A stretch of 64,000 nucleotides of DNA from Anaerolineae bacterium (GCA_026991225.1 JALXCB010000044.1:6490-70489), one strand, 5' to 3'. Positions 20,058-30,013 are shown, numbered from the stretch's first letter. Translations and numbers: made by a program. Notes: generated from the sequence alone by a model not told the origin.

Positions 20058-20903
20058 ATGACCAACGATCTCATCAATCAACTGCAAGCCATCGCCCAAC
20101 AGGCCGAGGATGATCCTCGCGCCGCGCGCAAGGCCCTGCGCCGCCTGGCGCCCGCGCTGCCCGAAACCGCAGAAGTGCAGACCGGGCTGGGGTTGACCTA
20201 TCTCGAACTGGGCCAACCTCGCGACGCCATGCGCGCGTTCAAGCGAACGATCCAGCTGGACCCGGACAACGCCACGGCCCGCTACCAACTGGGCCTGTTG
20301 CAATCGGACCAGGGATTGCTGCCTCAGGCCGAGGCCAATTTGCGCGTTGCTGTGGAGGCGGAGCCCGAGAATCCCGACTATCTGTCGGCGCTGGGGTTCA
20401 CCTACTACCGCGCGGGCAAAAATGATCGGGCCATCGAGACCCTGGAGAAGGCGTTGGCTGCGGGCGCGGAGAATGAGAACGCGTTTACTGCCTTGGGCTA
20501 TCTCTATTACGAGGCGGGCGATTTCGCCAAATCTCGGGACGCGTTCTCCCGTCTTCTGGATTTGGATCCCGAGCGGGCGGACGTTTACAACAACCTGGGC
20601 TACCTCGATATCCTCACCGGCGATCTGGATCGAGCGACCGAGGAGCTGACCGCGTGTCTGGAGAAGGACGACAGCTATCTCCGGGCCCGCTACAACCTCG
20701 CTCTGGTCGCGTGGCTGCAAGGCGACCAGGAGAAAGCCATCGATCTCTACAAAGACGCCCGCCGTCAGGACCGCGGAGACGCCGAGCTCCAGCAGCACAT
20801 GGCCGATCTGGACGAGGTGGCGGAACACTACGACGAGGAGAAGGGCCTGGCCGCGCTGAAGAACAAGCTGGCCGTGGCGCTGAAGACTGGACGATTGAAG
20901 TAA
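20058..20903 (+). CDS. TPR-repeat protein
   Basis: Repeated 34-aa TPR units (YQLGLLQ..., LGFTYYRAGKNDRAIE..., LGYLYYEAGDFAKS...). Confidence 0.75.
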   Translation: MTNDLINQLQAIAQQAEDDPRAARKALRRLAPALPETAEVQTGLGLTYLELGQPRDAMRAFKRTIQLDPDNATARYQLGLLQSDQGLLPQAEANLRVAVEAEPENPDYLSALGFTYYRAGKNDRAIETLEKALAAGAENENAFTALGYLYYEAGDFAKSRDAFSRLLDLDPERADVYNNLGYLDILTGDLDRATEELTACLEKDDSYLRARYNLALVAWLQGDQEKAIDLYKDARRQDRGDAELQQHMADLDEVAEHYDEEKGLAALKNKLAVALKTGRLK

Positions 20904-20909
20904 GGCGCA

Positions 20910-21409
20910 TGGAGAAAGAATTCCTGACCTGGCAGGACGTGGACAGGCTGGTGGATGAGCTGTTGCCCCAGATCGCGGGGAAATTCGACGCCATCCTCAT
21001 AGTCACGCGTGGGGGCATCATCCTGGGCGGCATTCTGGCCGAAGCTTTGGACATACGCGATGTGCTCACCGCGGCCGTGGAATTCCCTCGCGACCCGGAA
21101 CTCGAAAAGCTCGCCTGGCCCACCTTCCTCCAATTCCCCAGCGACGCCATCCTGCGCGGCCGCCGCATCCTCATCGTGGATGATGTGTGGGACAGCGGGC
21201 GCACCATCAACACGGTGCGCGGCCGGGTGGAGGCCGCGGGCGGCATGCCCGCCACTTGCGTGCTCCACTATAAGCCGGGCCGCTCCCTCTTCCCCGACCG
21301 CCAGCCCGACTATTACGGCGCGGTCACCAATCGTTGGATCGTCTATCCCTGGGAAATCGACCGCGGCGGGGACTTTGCGGAGTTGATCCCCGATCTCTTT
21401 CTGACGTGA
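20910..21409 (+). CDS. phosphoribosyltransferase-domain protein (purine PRTase-like)
   Basis: ILIVDDVWDSGRTI PRPP-binding motif; start MEKEFLTW at 20910 just after the TPR stop. Confidence 0.7.
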
Positions 21410-21414
21410 GATGA

Positions 21415-21485
21415 CCTTCGGGAGGTGGGCGAGCAGTTTTGGGCTTGACCTGACGGTTTTCGCCCACCTCCCGGAGGTCTGGAGG
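21415..21485. repeat. family-I palindrome (GACCTCCGGGAGGTGG ... CCACCTCCCGGAGGTC)
   Basis: 14-bp perfect arms; related copies at 58752-58830 and partial at 33985-34035. Confidence 0.7.
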
Positions 21486-21500
21486 CAACCGCCGAGCACG

Positions 21501-22325
21501 CTACTCTTCGAGCAGCCTCCTCGTCCCCCGCGCCATGATCCAGTCCACCAGCCAGGGGAAGAGGCGGTCGAGCCGCCAGATCAGCCTGCCCGCCCAACTG
21601 AGGACGACAATGCGGGGGCGTCGCCGCGTCGCCCGCAGGATGGCCTGCGCTGCCTCCTCTGCGGTCTGCGTGCCTGGCGCCCGCCGCTCCTTACCCGGCC
21701 GATTGTGCAGACTGCCCTCTCGAATGACGCCCTTCTGGGCCAACTGCACCCCGCTGGTGAAGTAGGGACACACGGTGACAACGTCGACGCCAGCGGGCTT
21801 GAGCTCCACCCACAGCGCCCGGGCCCACGCGTTCATGGCCGCCTTGGACGCACTGTACACCGAGGCGGTGGGCGTGCCGATGAGTCCGGCCACCGAGGAG
21901 ACGTTGACGATGACCCCGCGGCCGGCTTTGAGATGGGGTAGCGCCGCCCGGGCGCAGTACAACGCTCCGAAGAAGTTGACCTGGAACTGACGCTCCGCGT
22001 CGCCCGGCTGCAAGTGCTCGAACAGGCCGGAGACGACCATGCCCGCGTTGTTCACCAGCGCATCCACGCGGCCGAAATGCGCGGCCGCCTCGGCCACGAA
22101 TCGCTCACACTGGACGGGATCGCTCACGTCGGAGGGGATGGCGATGGCCCACTCGGGCCCGCCAAGCTCCTCGGCCAGGCGGGCAAGGACGTCTGCGGAG
22201 CGGGCGGCCAATGCCACCCGCGCGCCCGCCTCCCGAAAGGCGATGGCCGCGGCCCGGCCGATGCCCGTGGACGCGCCGGTGATGAGAATGACCTGGCCGT
22301 CGAAATCCGTCATGGTTTGCGTCAA
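21501..22325 (-). CDS. SDR-family oxidoreductase
   Basis: ILITGASTGIG Rossmann motif; NNAG; YSASK catalytic motif. Confidence 0.85.
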   Translation of the reverse strand: MTQTMTDFDGQVILITGASTGIGRAAAIAFREAGARVALAARSADVLARLAEELGGPEWAIAIPSDVSDPVQCERFVAEAAAHFGRVDALVNNAGMVVSGLFEHLQPGDAERQFQVNFFGALYCARAALPHLKAGRGVIVNVSSVAGLIGTPTASVYSASKAAMNAWARALWVELKPAGVDVVTVCPYFTSGVQLAQKGVIREGSLHNRPGKERRAPGTQTAEEAAQAILRATRRRPRIVVLSWAGRLIWRLDRLFPWLVDWIMARGTRRLLEE

Positions 22326-22636
22326 TGCACCTGGTGGGGATCGAAGCCCATGGGCGGGCGTTTGGGCAGGCCCGACCCCTGCATCTTGATCTCCCCGAAC
22401 CGCTTCTCGTAATTCTGGAGGTTGTGCGTCAGCGCTTGCAGCAGCAGCTTGGCGTGGTAGGGCGTGAGCACGATGCGGGTTTGCACTTGCGCGTGGGGCA
22501 TGTTGGGCATCACATGGGCGAAATCGATGACGATCTCATTGTAATTGTGATGGATGATGGCGAAGTTGCTGTAAATGGGCTTGAGGTCCTTGGGCGCTTC
22601 GATTTTGAGCTGTTTGGGTTGCTCTTGATTCGACAT
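22322..22636 (-). CDS. DUF3467-family small protein
   Basis: MSNQEQPKQLKIEAPKDLKPIYSNFAIIHHNYNEIVIDFAH pattern; the upstream part of the track ORF (22637-22759) lies in a repeat element and is not coding. Confidence 0.6.
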   Translation of the reverse strand: MSNQEQPKQLKIEAPKDLKPIYSNFAIIHHNYNEIVIDFAHVMPNMPHAQVQTRIVLTPYHAKLLLQALTHNLQNYEKRFGEIKMQGSGLPKRPPMGFDPHQVH

Positions 22637-22659
22637 GGTGGCTCCTGTTCCGAAGATAG

Positions 22660-22835
22660 CGTTGCGTTGGTTTGCAAAAGCAACTCGAAGCCCGCGTTGG
22701 GCGAGTCTGCAACGGGCGTGATGCGTGAAAACGTGGAACGTGAGAGCGTTACGCATCACGCATTACGCATCACGTGCTTGGCTTCCCGCGCGGCCCTGGC
22801 CGCGGGGCGTTTTCGTTCGTCTCGGCGAACCGCCG
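22660..22835. repeat. family-B REP-like element (CGTGATGCGTGAAAACGTG...TTACGCATCACG hairpin core with GGCCGCGrGGCGTTTTCGTTCG tail)
   Basis: Homologous copies at about 24525-24665 (inverted), 42083-42240, 42425-42525 (inverted), 43720-43830, 45035-45180, 57060-57215; degenerate variants at 10860-10930, 38870-38990, 63120-63195. Confidence 0.75.
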
Positions 22836-22984
22836 CTGTGAATTGCGTCATTCCGCCTCTGATTGTCCATCCCTTGCCTTGAAATGTCAAGGCGGGATGA
22901 TCCGAGTTTCCAGTGAATGGAGACTGGCTTACCGAACGTTGTCAGATCATGCTTTCTGTGCTATGATCCATCTGTATTCATTGT

Positions 22985-23012
22985 TTCATTCATTCATTCA
23001 TTCATCCCATTT
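22985..23012. repeat. (CATT)n tetranucleotide microsatellite in an AT-rich promoter region
   Basis: TTCATTCATTCATTCATTCATCC, about 45 bp upstream of a TTGACA and about 80 bp upstream of the PIN/TRAM gene. Confidence 0.6.
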
Positions 23013-23080
23013 ATTCTTCATCATTCCGAGCTGCCGTTTGGCAACAGCTCATTGACAACGCCATAGGAGGTCTTATCCTC

Positions 23081-24181
23081 GTGTTCGATCGGATTTTTCG
23101 CATCCTTGGACTTATCGTTTTCGCCATCATCGGATGGGAGATCGGCGTCATCATGACGGGCGTCTCGAATCCCCTGCAGGACCTGGAATCGCTGAAGTAT
23201 GTGGCGCCTTTGACGTTGGTTGGGGCCGTGGTGGGGTGGATCATCGCTCCCTGGATTACAACCCGCCCCGCGCGTTACGCCATTCGGGTGGTGCGGCAGA
23301 TACCCATCGAGGAAGTCATCGCCGGCAGCATCGGCCTGATCCTGGGCCTGATCGTCTCCGCGCTGGTGGCCATCCCCCTGGCCAAACTGCCCCCGCCCTT
23401 CGGGCCGATTCTGCCCTTCATCGCCAGCATTGTCTTCGGCTACCTGGGCGCGCTCATCCTGGTGTTGCGCCGGGATGATCTGGTGAAGCTGTTCCGTTCC
23501 TTCCAGAAAGAGCGCGGCGATCAGGCCGTGACGACGGAGGATGCGGTCGCACCCGCTCCCTCCCCTCTGCCCCCCGGCCCGACGCCCTTGCTCCTCGACA
23601 CCAGCGTCATCATCGACGGCCGCATCCTGGACGTGGCCAAAACCGGATTCCTTCCCGGCCCCTTGCTGGTCCCCCGCTTCGTCCTCTCCGAACTCCAATA
23701 TATCGCAGATTCCTCCGACGCCCTGCGGCGGGCCCGCGGGCGCCGGGGACTTCAGGTGCTGGATGATCTCCAGAAGCTGGACAGTCCCAGGCTGGAGATT
23801 GTGGACCTGGACGCGCCCGACGTGAAGGAGGTGGATGAGAAGCTCATGGCCCTGGCCCGTCAATATGGCATCGGCATCGTCACCAACGACTACAACCTCA
23901 ACCGGGTGGCTGCTCTCCAGGGCGTGAAGGTGCTCAACCTGAACGATCTCGCCAACGCGGTGAAAGCCATCTACCTGCCGGGCGAGCATCTGCGCCTGCG
24001 CATCATCCAGGAGGGCAAGGAGCCCGACCAGGGGGTGGGCTATCTGGAAGATGGCACCATGGTGGTCGTCGAGCGCGGCCGCGACCTCATCGGCCAGGAG
24101 GTGGAGCTGGAGGTGACCAAAGCCTTGCAGACCAGCGCCGGGCGCATGATCTTCGCCGCGCCCGTGCGAGATTCCGAGTAA
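23081..24181 (+). CDS. PIN/TRAM-domain protein (YacL-like)
   Basis: N-terminal TM helices, central PIN domain, C-terminal TRAM-like domain; stop codon lies inside the inserted MITE. Confidence 0.75.
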   Translation: MFDRIFRILGLIVFAIIGWEIGVIMTGVSNPLQDLESLKYVAPLTLVGAVVGWIIAPWITTRPARYAIRVVRQIPIEEVIAGSIGLILGLIVSALVAIPLAKLPPPFGPILPFIASIVFGYLGALILVLRRDDLVKLFRSFQKERGDQAVTTEDAVAPAPSPLPPGPTPLLLDTSVIIDGRILDVAKTGFLPGPLLVPRFVLSELQYIADSSDALRRARGRRGLQVLDDLQKLDSPRLEIVDLDAPDVKEVDEKLMALARQYGIGIVTNDYNLNRVAALQGVKVLNLNDLANAVKAIYLPGEHLRLRIIQEGKEPDQGVGYLEDGTMVVVERGRDLIGQEVELEVTKALQTSAGRMIFAAPVRDSE

Positions 24182-24471
24182 CCGCTAACGTAGCCCTGTT
24201 CACTCGACACGGATACGAGGAAACACGGATAAAATCTTTTTTTGTAACTGCTAACGTACCCCGGTTAACAAACCACAAAGGGCACAAAGGCGCCAAGAAC
24301 ACGAAGAAAAAAATGTATAAATTCCCCTTTGTGCCTTTGTGTCTTCGTGTTCTTAGTGGTTTTCGGGTGATGACCTTAGTAGTTACCTTTTTAAATGACT
24401 TCGCGCCTTCGTTTCCTTCGTGCCTTCGTGGCAAAAGAGGGGCTACTGGGGCCAACTACCTTAGCAGTTAC
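24178..24471. mobile_element. composite MITE-A: outer variant copy (TSD GATTCCGA) carrying a nested MITE-A (24244-24386)
   Basis: Outer TIRs GTAACCGCTAACGT / ACCTTAGCAGTTAC with TSD 24170-24177 = 24472-24479; inner element has its own TIRs and a degenerate CTTTTT flanking repeat; the outer body matches the copy at 8806-8949. Confidence 0.75.
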
Positions 24472-24714
24472 GATTCCGAATCCAATTTCCACGGCCGGTA
24501 GCGCGCAAAGCCGGCGATACGAGCAACGGCTCGCCGATGCGAACGAAAACGCCTCGCGGCCAAGTCGGCGCGGGAAGCCAAGCACGTAATGCGTGATGCG
24601 TAACGATCTCACGTTTCACGTTTTCACGCATCACGTCCGTAGCAGACTCGCCCAACCTCGTCCTGGCGTTCCTCAATCCTAATCCTGATCCTACTCCTAT
24701 TTATCAAAGCAGCC

Positions 24715-26115
24715 ATGACCCTCAAAGTCTACAACACCCTCACTCGCCAAAAAGAAATCTTCGAGCCCCTGGAACCGGGCGTCGTGCGCATGTATGTGTG
24801 CGGCCCGACGGTCTACTCGGACGCGCACATCGGCCACGCCATGTCGGCCATCGTGTTCGATGTCATCCGCCGCTATCTGGAATACAAAGGCTACAAAGTC
24901 ATCCACGTCATGAACTTCACCGACGTGGACGACAAGATCATCAACAAGGCCCGAGAGCTGGGCGTGGACCCCTTCGAGCTGGCCAACGGCTACATCGAGA
25001 AATTCCTGGAGCAGATGGACGCGCTCCATGTGGAGCGGCCTACGGTCATGCCGCGGGTGTCAGGCACGATTGACGAGATCATCGCCATGGTGCAGGACCT
25101 CATCGACAAAGGCTATGCCTACGAGGTGGATGGCAACGTCTTCTTCCGGGTGCGCAAGGATGAGGATTACGGCAAGCTCAGCCGCCGCAAGCTGGATGAG
25201 ACCATGCGCGGGGATCGGGAGAAGTACGCCGAGGAGTTGAAGGAAGACCCCCTGGACTTCGCCCTGTGGAAGGCGCAGAAATCGCCCGACGAGCCCGCCT
25301 GGGACAGCCCCTGGGGCAAAGGCCGCCCCGGCTGGCATATCGAATGCTCGGCCATGGTGCGCAAACACCTGGGCCCGACCATCGACATTCACGGCGGCGG
25401 CAACGACCTCATCTTCCCCCATCACGAAAACGAGATCGCGCAAAGCGAAAGCTGCAACGACGCGCCCCTGGCCAAATACTGGCTGCACAACGGCATGGTC
25501 GTCCTCAGCGGCGAGAAAATGTCCAAATCCCTGGGCAACCTCATCACCATCGACGAATTTCTGGCCGAACATGACGCGGACGTCTTCCGGCTGCTGGTGC
25601 TGGGCTCCCACTATCGCAAGCCCCTGGTCTATGACGATCACGTGGTGGCGCAGGCCGAAAAGGCTTATCAGCGCCTGCTGGGCGCCCTGCGCCCGCCCAC
25701 GGGCGACAAAACCGAAGGCCCGGACGCGGAGGCGCTGTTGGAGGCCGCGCGCGTCGCCAGGGAGCGCTTCGAGGCGGCCATGGACGACGATTTCAACACC
25801 GCGGCCGCGCTGGGCCACATCTTCGATCTGGTGAAGGCCATCAATACGGCTCGGGATGCGGGCGTGGGCGGCGAGCCCTTCGCCCAGGCCCAGGCCGTGC
25901 TGAAAGAACTGGCGGGCGTGCTGGGGTTGCGTTTGCAGCCCAGGGAAAGCGCGCGGTCGGACGCGGCGCCTTTCATCGATCTGCTGGTGGAGGTGCGGAG
26001 CGAGTTGCGCAAGGCCCGGCAATGGGCTTTGGCCGACATGATCCGCGACCGCCTGGCCGAGTTGGGCGTGGTATTGGAAGACACCCGCGAAGGCACGACA
26101 TGGTCGTGGAAGTAG
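24715..26115 (+). CDS. cysS: cysteine--tRNA ligase
   Basis: [14 protein letters not shown] (HIGH) and KMSKSLGN motifs. Confidence 0.95.
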   Translation: MTLKVYNTLTRQKEIFEPLEPGVVRMYVCGPTVYSDAHIGHAMSAIVFDVIRRYLEYKGYKVIHVMNFTDVDDKIINKARELGVDPFELANGYIEKFLEQMDALHVERPTVMPRVSGTIDEIIAMVQDLIDKGYAYEVDGNVFFRVRKDEDYGKLSRRKLDETMRGDREKYAEELKEDPLDFALWKAQKSPDEPAWDSPWGKGRPGWHIECSAMVRKHLGPTIDIHGGGNDLIFPHHENEIAQSESCNDAPLAKYWLHNGMVVLSGEKMSKSLGNLITIDEFLAEHDADVFRLLVLGSHYRKPLVYDDHVVAQAEKAYQRLLGALRPPTGDKTEGPDAEALLEAARVARERFEAAMDDDFNTAAALGHIFDLVKAINTARDAGVGGEPFAQAQAVLKELAGVLGLRLQPRESARSDAAPFIDLLVEVRSELRKARQWALADMIRDRLAELGVVLEDTREGTTWSWK

Positions 26116-26243
26116 TCTTTATCCAATTGGGGGAACGCTGATGCCGCAGATGGAATGGATGAACTCAGATAAGCATTGAGGGAGTCATCTGCGAAAATCT
26201 GCGTCGCATCAGCGTTCATCAGCGTTCTCATTTCAAACATTTC

Positions 26244-27062
26244 ATGCCCAAATCCCATCGGAAGTCGCGGCCGACGGGCGGCCAACTGCCCAAACGCCCG
26301 CGGGGCGACTTGCTTTACGGGCGCAACGCCGTGCGCGAGGCCCTGCGCGCGGGCCGACGCCATTTCCACGACCTCTACCTGGCCCAGGGCGTCAAGGAAA
26401 GCCCGGTCATCCGCGATATCCAGGCCCTGGCCCGGCAGCGCGGCTTGCCCGTGCAGCGTCTCGACCGCCGCGTGCTGGACGCCTGGCTGGAGGGAGCGAA
26501 TCATCAGGGCGTGGCCTTGCGCGCGGGCGGATACCCCTACGTCGAACCTGATGCCATGCTCGCTCACGCCGCGTCGCTGAACGAGCCCCCCTTCCTGCTC
26601 CTCCTGGACCGGGTGCAGGACCCGCAGAACCTGGGCTCCCTCTTCCGGGCGGCGGAAGCCTTTGGCGTGCATGGGGTCATCCTGCCCAAACGCCGGGCCG
26701 CGCACATCACCCCCGCGGTGGTCAACGCCTCGGCCGGCGCGGTGGAGCACCTGCGGGTGGGGCTGGTCACCAACCTGGTGCAGGCGATGAAGGCGCTGAA
26801 GGACGCGGGGTTGTGGATCGCGGGCCTGGAGGCCCGGGAGGACGCCGTAAGTCTGGATGAAATCGACCTGCGCGGGCCTCTGGCCGTGGTGGTGGGCTCC
26901 GAAGGCTTTGGCCTCTCCCGCCTGACGGCCGAGACCTGCGACTGGCTGGTGAAGCTGCCCATGCGCGGGCGCATCAACTCCCTCAACGCGGCCGTGGCCG
27001 GCTCCATCTTCCTGTTCTGGGCCATGAAGGCTCGCAAAGTTACACAGAGCTCACAGAGCTGA
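26244..27062 (+). CDS. rlmB: SpoU/TrmH-family rRNA 2'-O-methyltransferase (RlmB-like)
   Basis: GRNAVREALRAG N-terminus, C-terminal SPOUT knot motifs. Confidence 0.8.
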   Translation: MPKSHRKSRPTGGQLPKRPRGDLLYGRNAVREALRAGRRHFHDLYLAQGVKESPVIRDIQALARQRGLPVQRLDRRVLDAWLEGANHQGVALRAGGYPYVEPDAMLAHAASLNEPPFLLLLDRVQDPQNLGSLFRAAEAFGVHGVILPKRRAAHITPAVVNASAGAVEHLRVGLVTNLVQAMKALKDAGLWIAGLEAREDAVSLDEIDLRGPLAVVVGSEGFGLSRLTAETCDWLVKLPMRGRINSLNAAVAGSIFLFWAMKARKVTQSSQS

Positions 27063-27268
27063 TTTGGAGCTTCGCAGAGCTTACAGAGATTCATGGATCT
27101 TCGGCCCGGCCATCGACTCAGGCCGGGAGCCTCGCTGGTGGCATTTCCGCTATCGCCAGGGCGTCATCGAAAACTGGGAGGATCGCCCCCTGCCCGCATG
27201 GGTGCGGTTGGGCGGTCGGCTGGCCTGTTGCCGAAATCGGGCGTGAGGCCGCCAAGGCTTCAGGGCGA

Positions 27269-27297
27269 TTTGACAGGGGCGATGAAACCTGTTACAG
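27269..27297 (+). promoter_or_regulatory. sigma70-like promoter of csp
   Basis: TTGACA-17 nt-TACAGT about 145 nt upstream of the csp ATG. Confidence 0.5.
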
Positions 27298-27335
27298 TGT
27301 GTCTCGTAGGCCAACAAGCGCATCTGTCTCAAGTA

Positions 27336-27372
27336 GCAGTCGCCGCAGTTTGGGCGACTGTTTTTTGTTTCA
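27336..27372 (+). promoter_or_regulatory. terminator-like hairpin plus U-tract inside the csp 5' UTR
   Basis: CAGTCGCCGCAGTTTGGGCGACTG followed by TTTTTTGTTT. Confidence 0.45.
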
Positions 27373-27439
27373 GGAGTCATCGGGCCTACGGCAACAATTC
27401 TTTTCCCCAGTTTCACCTTATAGGAGTTAATGTAACACC

Positions 27440-27649
27440 ATGTCTGCACGAGAACAAGGCACCGTCAAATGGTTCAACGCCAGCAAAGGCTACGGCTTCA
27501 TCGCTCGCGATGATGGCGAAGACGTCTTCGTCCACTTCTCCGCTATCCAGATGGATGGCTTCCGCACCCTGGAAGAGGGACAGCGCGTCGAGTTTTCCGT
27601 CGAGAGCGGCCCCAAAGGGCTCCAGGCCCGCGACGTCACCGCCATCTAA
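27440..27649 (+). CDS. csp: cold-shock protein (CspA family)
   Basis: [36 protein letters not shown]; SD TAGGAG; long structured 5' UTR. Confidence 0.95.
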   Translation: MSAREQGTVKWFNASKGYGFIARDDGEDVFVHFSAIQMDGFRTLEEGQRVEFSVESGPKGLQARDVTAI

Positions 27650-27681
27650 ACTAAACGCATTTTGAAATCAGGTGTTTTCGG

Positions 27682-27836
27682 GTAACTGCTAACGTACTTG
27701 ACTTTAGACCGCCAAAAGCCACGAAGGCTCGAAGTTTTTCGAAGCCACGAAGGAAAAAATAAAGAAAAATACGTCGTGCCTTCGCTTTTCTTCGTGTCTT
27801 CGTGGCAAAAAGTGGTCGCGATACCTTAGTAGTTAC
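27682..27836. mobile_element. MITE-A copy (155 bp) with 8-bp TSD GTTTTCGG, inserted in a family-E repeat
   Basis: TIRs GTAACTGCTAACGT / ACCTTAGTAGTTAC; direct repeat 27674-27681 = 27837-27844; the uninterrupted family-E copy at 60293-60475 (reverse complement) has a single GTTTTCGG at this point. Confidence 0.85.
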
Positions 27837-28117
27837 GTTTTCGGCCTTGGCCACCCGGAGCTGAAACTCCGGGCTACGAAACGACGCCGGGTGAACCCGG
27901 CTTTCCGCGGCGCGCGACATGCGCCGTAGCCCCATTGATGGGGCGTCGTTATTAGCCCGCAGGTGAACCTCGGGCGGCGGTGCGGCCAGAGAATCGCCTT
28001 TCATGGATGATCCAATGCAAATCAAAAGCCTTGGTTTCAATTTGCTTTCAGTTTAATGCGTTGAATGCAGACGGATGCCTCACTCGATAGCATCCATTTA
28101 TCTGCTATCATCACGCG

Positions 28118-28152
28118 AAAAGCGCGAGGGTTTCGGCCCTCGCGTTTTTTGA
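28118..28152 (+). terminator. Rho-independent terminator downstream of csp and the family-E repeat
   Basis: AAAAGCGCGAGGGTTTCGGCCCTCGCGTTTTTTGA. Confidence 0.6.
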
Positions 28153-28277
28153 TCTGGTGCACAGCAAACGCGGGGCGATTTCTGGAGCGTCGTCTTTCGA
28201 GAATTGGCGCGACATCGTGTAGAATGAACATGATAGCAAGAGAACCCCCTCTGTCTTCACGTTTCGGGAGGTCAGTC

Positions 28278-29963
28278 ATGCCTTTGTTCAATGAGGAACA
28301 TCTTCAGCGCCTGAGCCAGACGCTCAATCGCTGGAAGGAAACAACCCTGCGCAAGACCCTGGAGAGGCGGCCCGAGCGGTTGAAAAAATTCATGACCACC
28401 TCGTCTCGCCCGGTCAATCGGCTTTACACGCCGCTGGATATCGCGGATTTCGATTACGAGCGGGCGTTGGGAATGCCGGGCGAGTATCCTTTCACTCGGG
28501 GCGTGCACAGCACCATGTATCGGGGGCGCTTGTGGACCATGCGCATGTTTGCGGGGTTCGGCACGGCGGAGGAGACCAATCAGCGTTTCAAATATCTGCT
28601 GGAACAGGGCCAGACGGGCCTTTCCGTGGCTTTCGACATGCCCACCCTCTACGGCTACGACACCGACGCGCCCGAGGCCATTGGCGAATTCGGCAAATGC
28701 GGCGTGGCCATCTCCTCCCTGGCCGATATGGAATTGCTGTTCGATGGCATCCCCATGGGCGAAGTCAGCACCTCCATGACCATCAACTCGCCCGCGGCCA
28801 TCATCTGGGCCATGTATATCGTGGCCGCGGAGAAGCAGGGCTACGACCGCCGCATCCTGCGGGGCACCATCCAGAACGACATCCTCAAGGAATTCATCGC
28901 CCAGAAGGAGTTCATCTTCCCGCCCGATCCCTCCATGCGGCTGGTCACCGACACCATCGAGTTCGGGACCCGCGAGATGCCTTACTGGAACACCATCAGC
29001 ATCAGCGGCTATCATATCCGCGAAGCGGGGGCCACCGCAGCCCAAGAGCTGGCCTTCACCCTGGCCGACGGTTTCGCCTATGTGGAGGCGGCGCTGGAGC
29101 GGGGATTGGATATCGACGCCTTCGCGCCCCGGCTCTCCTTCTTCTTCAATGTCCATAACGACTTCTTCGAGGAGATCGCCAAATTCCGGGCCGCGCGACG
29201 CATCTGGGCCCGGGCCATGAAGGAGAAGTATGGCGCCAAGAACCCGCGCTCCTGGATGCTGCGCACCCACGCCCAGACCTCGGGCGCATCCCTCACCGCG
29301 CAGCAGCCCGAAAACAACATCGTGCGGGTGGCGATTCAGGCCCTGGCCGCGGTGCTGGGCGGCACGCAGAGCCTGCACACCAACAGCATGGATGAGGCCC
29401 TGGCCCTGCCCAGCGAAAAGGCGGTGACTATCGCCTTGCGCACCCAGCAGATCATCGCCCACGAATCGGGCGTGGCCAACACGGTCGACCCCCTGGCGGG
29501 CTCCTACTACATCGAGAAACTGACCGACGAGATGGAAGCGGACGCCAATCGTTATTTCCAGGCCATTGACGCCATGGGCGGCGTCATCCGCGGCATCGAA
29601 TCGGGTTACTTCCAGCGCGAGCTGGCCGAATCCGCCTACCGTTATCAGATGGAGATCGACAATCGGGAGCGGATCGTGGTCGGCGTGAACGAGTATGTGG
29701 CCGAGGAGCCGCTGGAGATTCCGCTGCTGGAAATGGACCCCGAAGGCTACGACCGTCAGGTGGCCCGGCTGAACCGGGTGCGGGCGGAGCGAGACAACGC
29801 CGCGGTGGAAAAAGCCCTGCGCGAGCTGGAGGACGCGGCTCGCGGCGACGAGAACCTCATGGTTCCCATCATCGAGGCGGTGCGGGCCTACGCCACCCTG
29901 GGCGAGATGATGGGCGTCTTCCGCAAAGTCTTCGGCGAATACCACGAGCCTGTGTTCTTCTAA
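28278..29963 (+). CDS. mcmA: methylmalonyl-CoA mutase, catalytic (large) subunit, split form lacking the B12 domain
   Basis: [61 protein letters not shown]; ATG 28278 with GGGAGG SD. Confidence 0.9.
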   Translation: MPLFNEEHLQRLSQTLNRWKETTLRKTLERRPERLKKFMTTSSRPVNRLYTPLDIADFDYERALGMPGEYPFTRGVHSTMYRGRLWTMRMFAGFGTAEETNQRFKYLLEQGQTGLSVAFDMPTLYGYDTDAPEAIGEFGKCGVAISSLADMELLFDGIPMGEVSTSMTINSPAAIIWAMYIVAAEKQGYDRRILRGTIQNDILKEFIAQKEFIFPPDPSMRLVTDTIEFGTREMPYWNTISISGYHIREAGATAAQELAFTLADGFAYVEAALERGLDIDAFAPRLSFFFNVHNDFFEEIAKFRAARRIWARAMKEKYGAKNPRSWMLRTHAQTSGASLTAQQPENNIVRVAIQALAAVLGGTQSLHTNSMDEALALPSEKAVTIALRTQQIIAHESGVANTVDPLAGSYYIEKLTDEMEADANRYFQAIDAMGGVIRGIESGYFQRELAESAYRYQMEIDNRERIVVGVNEYVAEEPLEIPLLEMDPEGYDRQVARLNRVRAERDNAAVEKALRELEDAARGDENLMVPIIEAVRAYATLGEMMGVFRKVFGEYHEPVFF

Positions 29964-30013
29964 TGGACATGGTGCAATCTTTGTAGTACAATTGTATTGC
30001 AAAGAGGTGCAAA

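Noticed and set aside
22637-22759. Upstream extension of the DUF3467 ORF
   Set aside because: It lies within a family-B repeat element and is a translation artefact.
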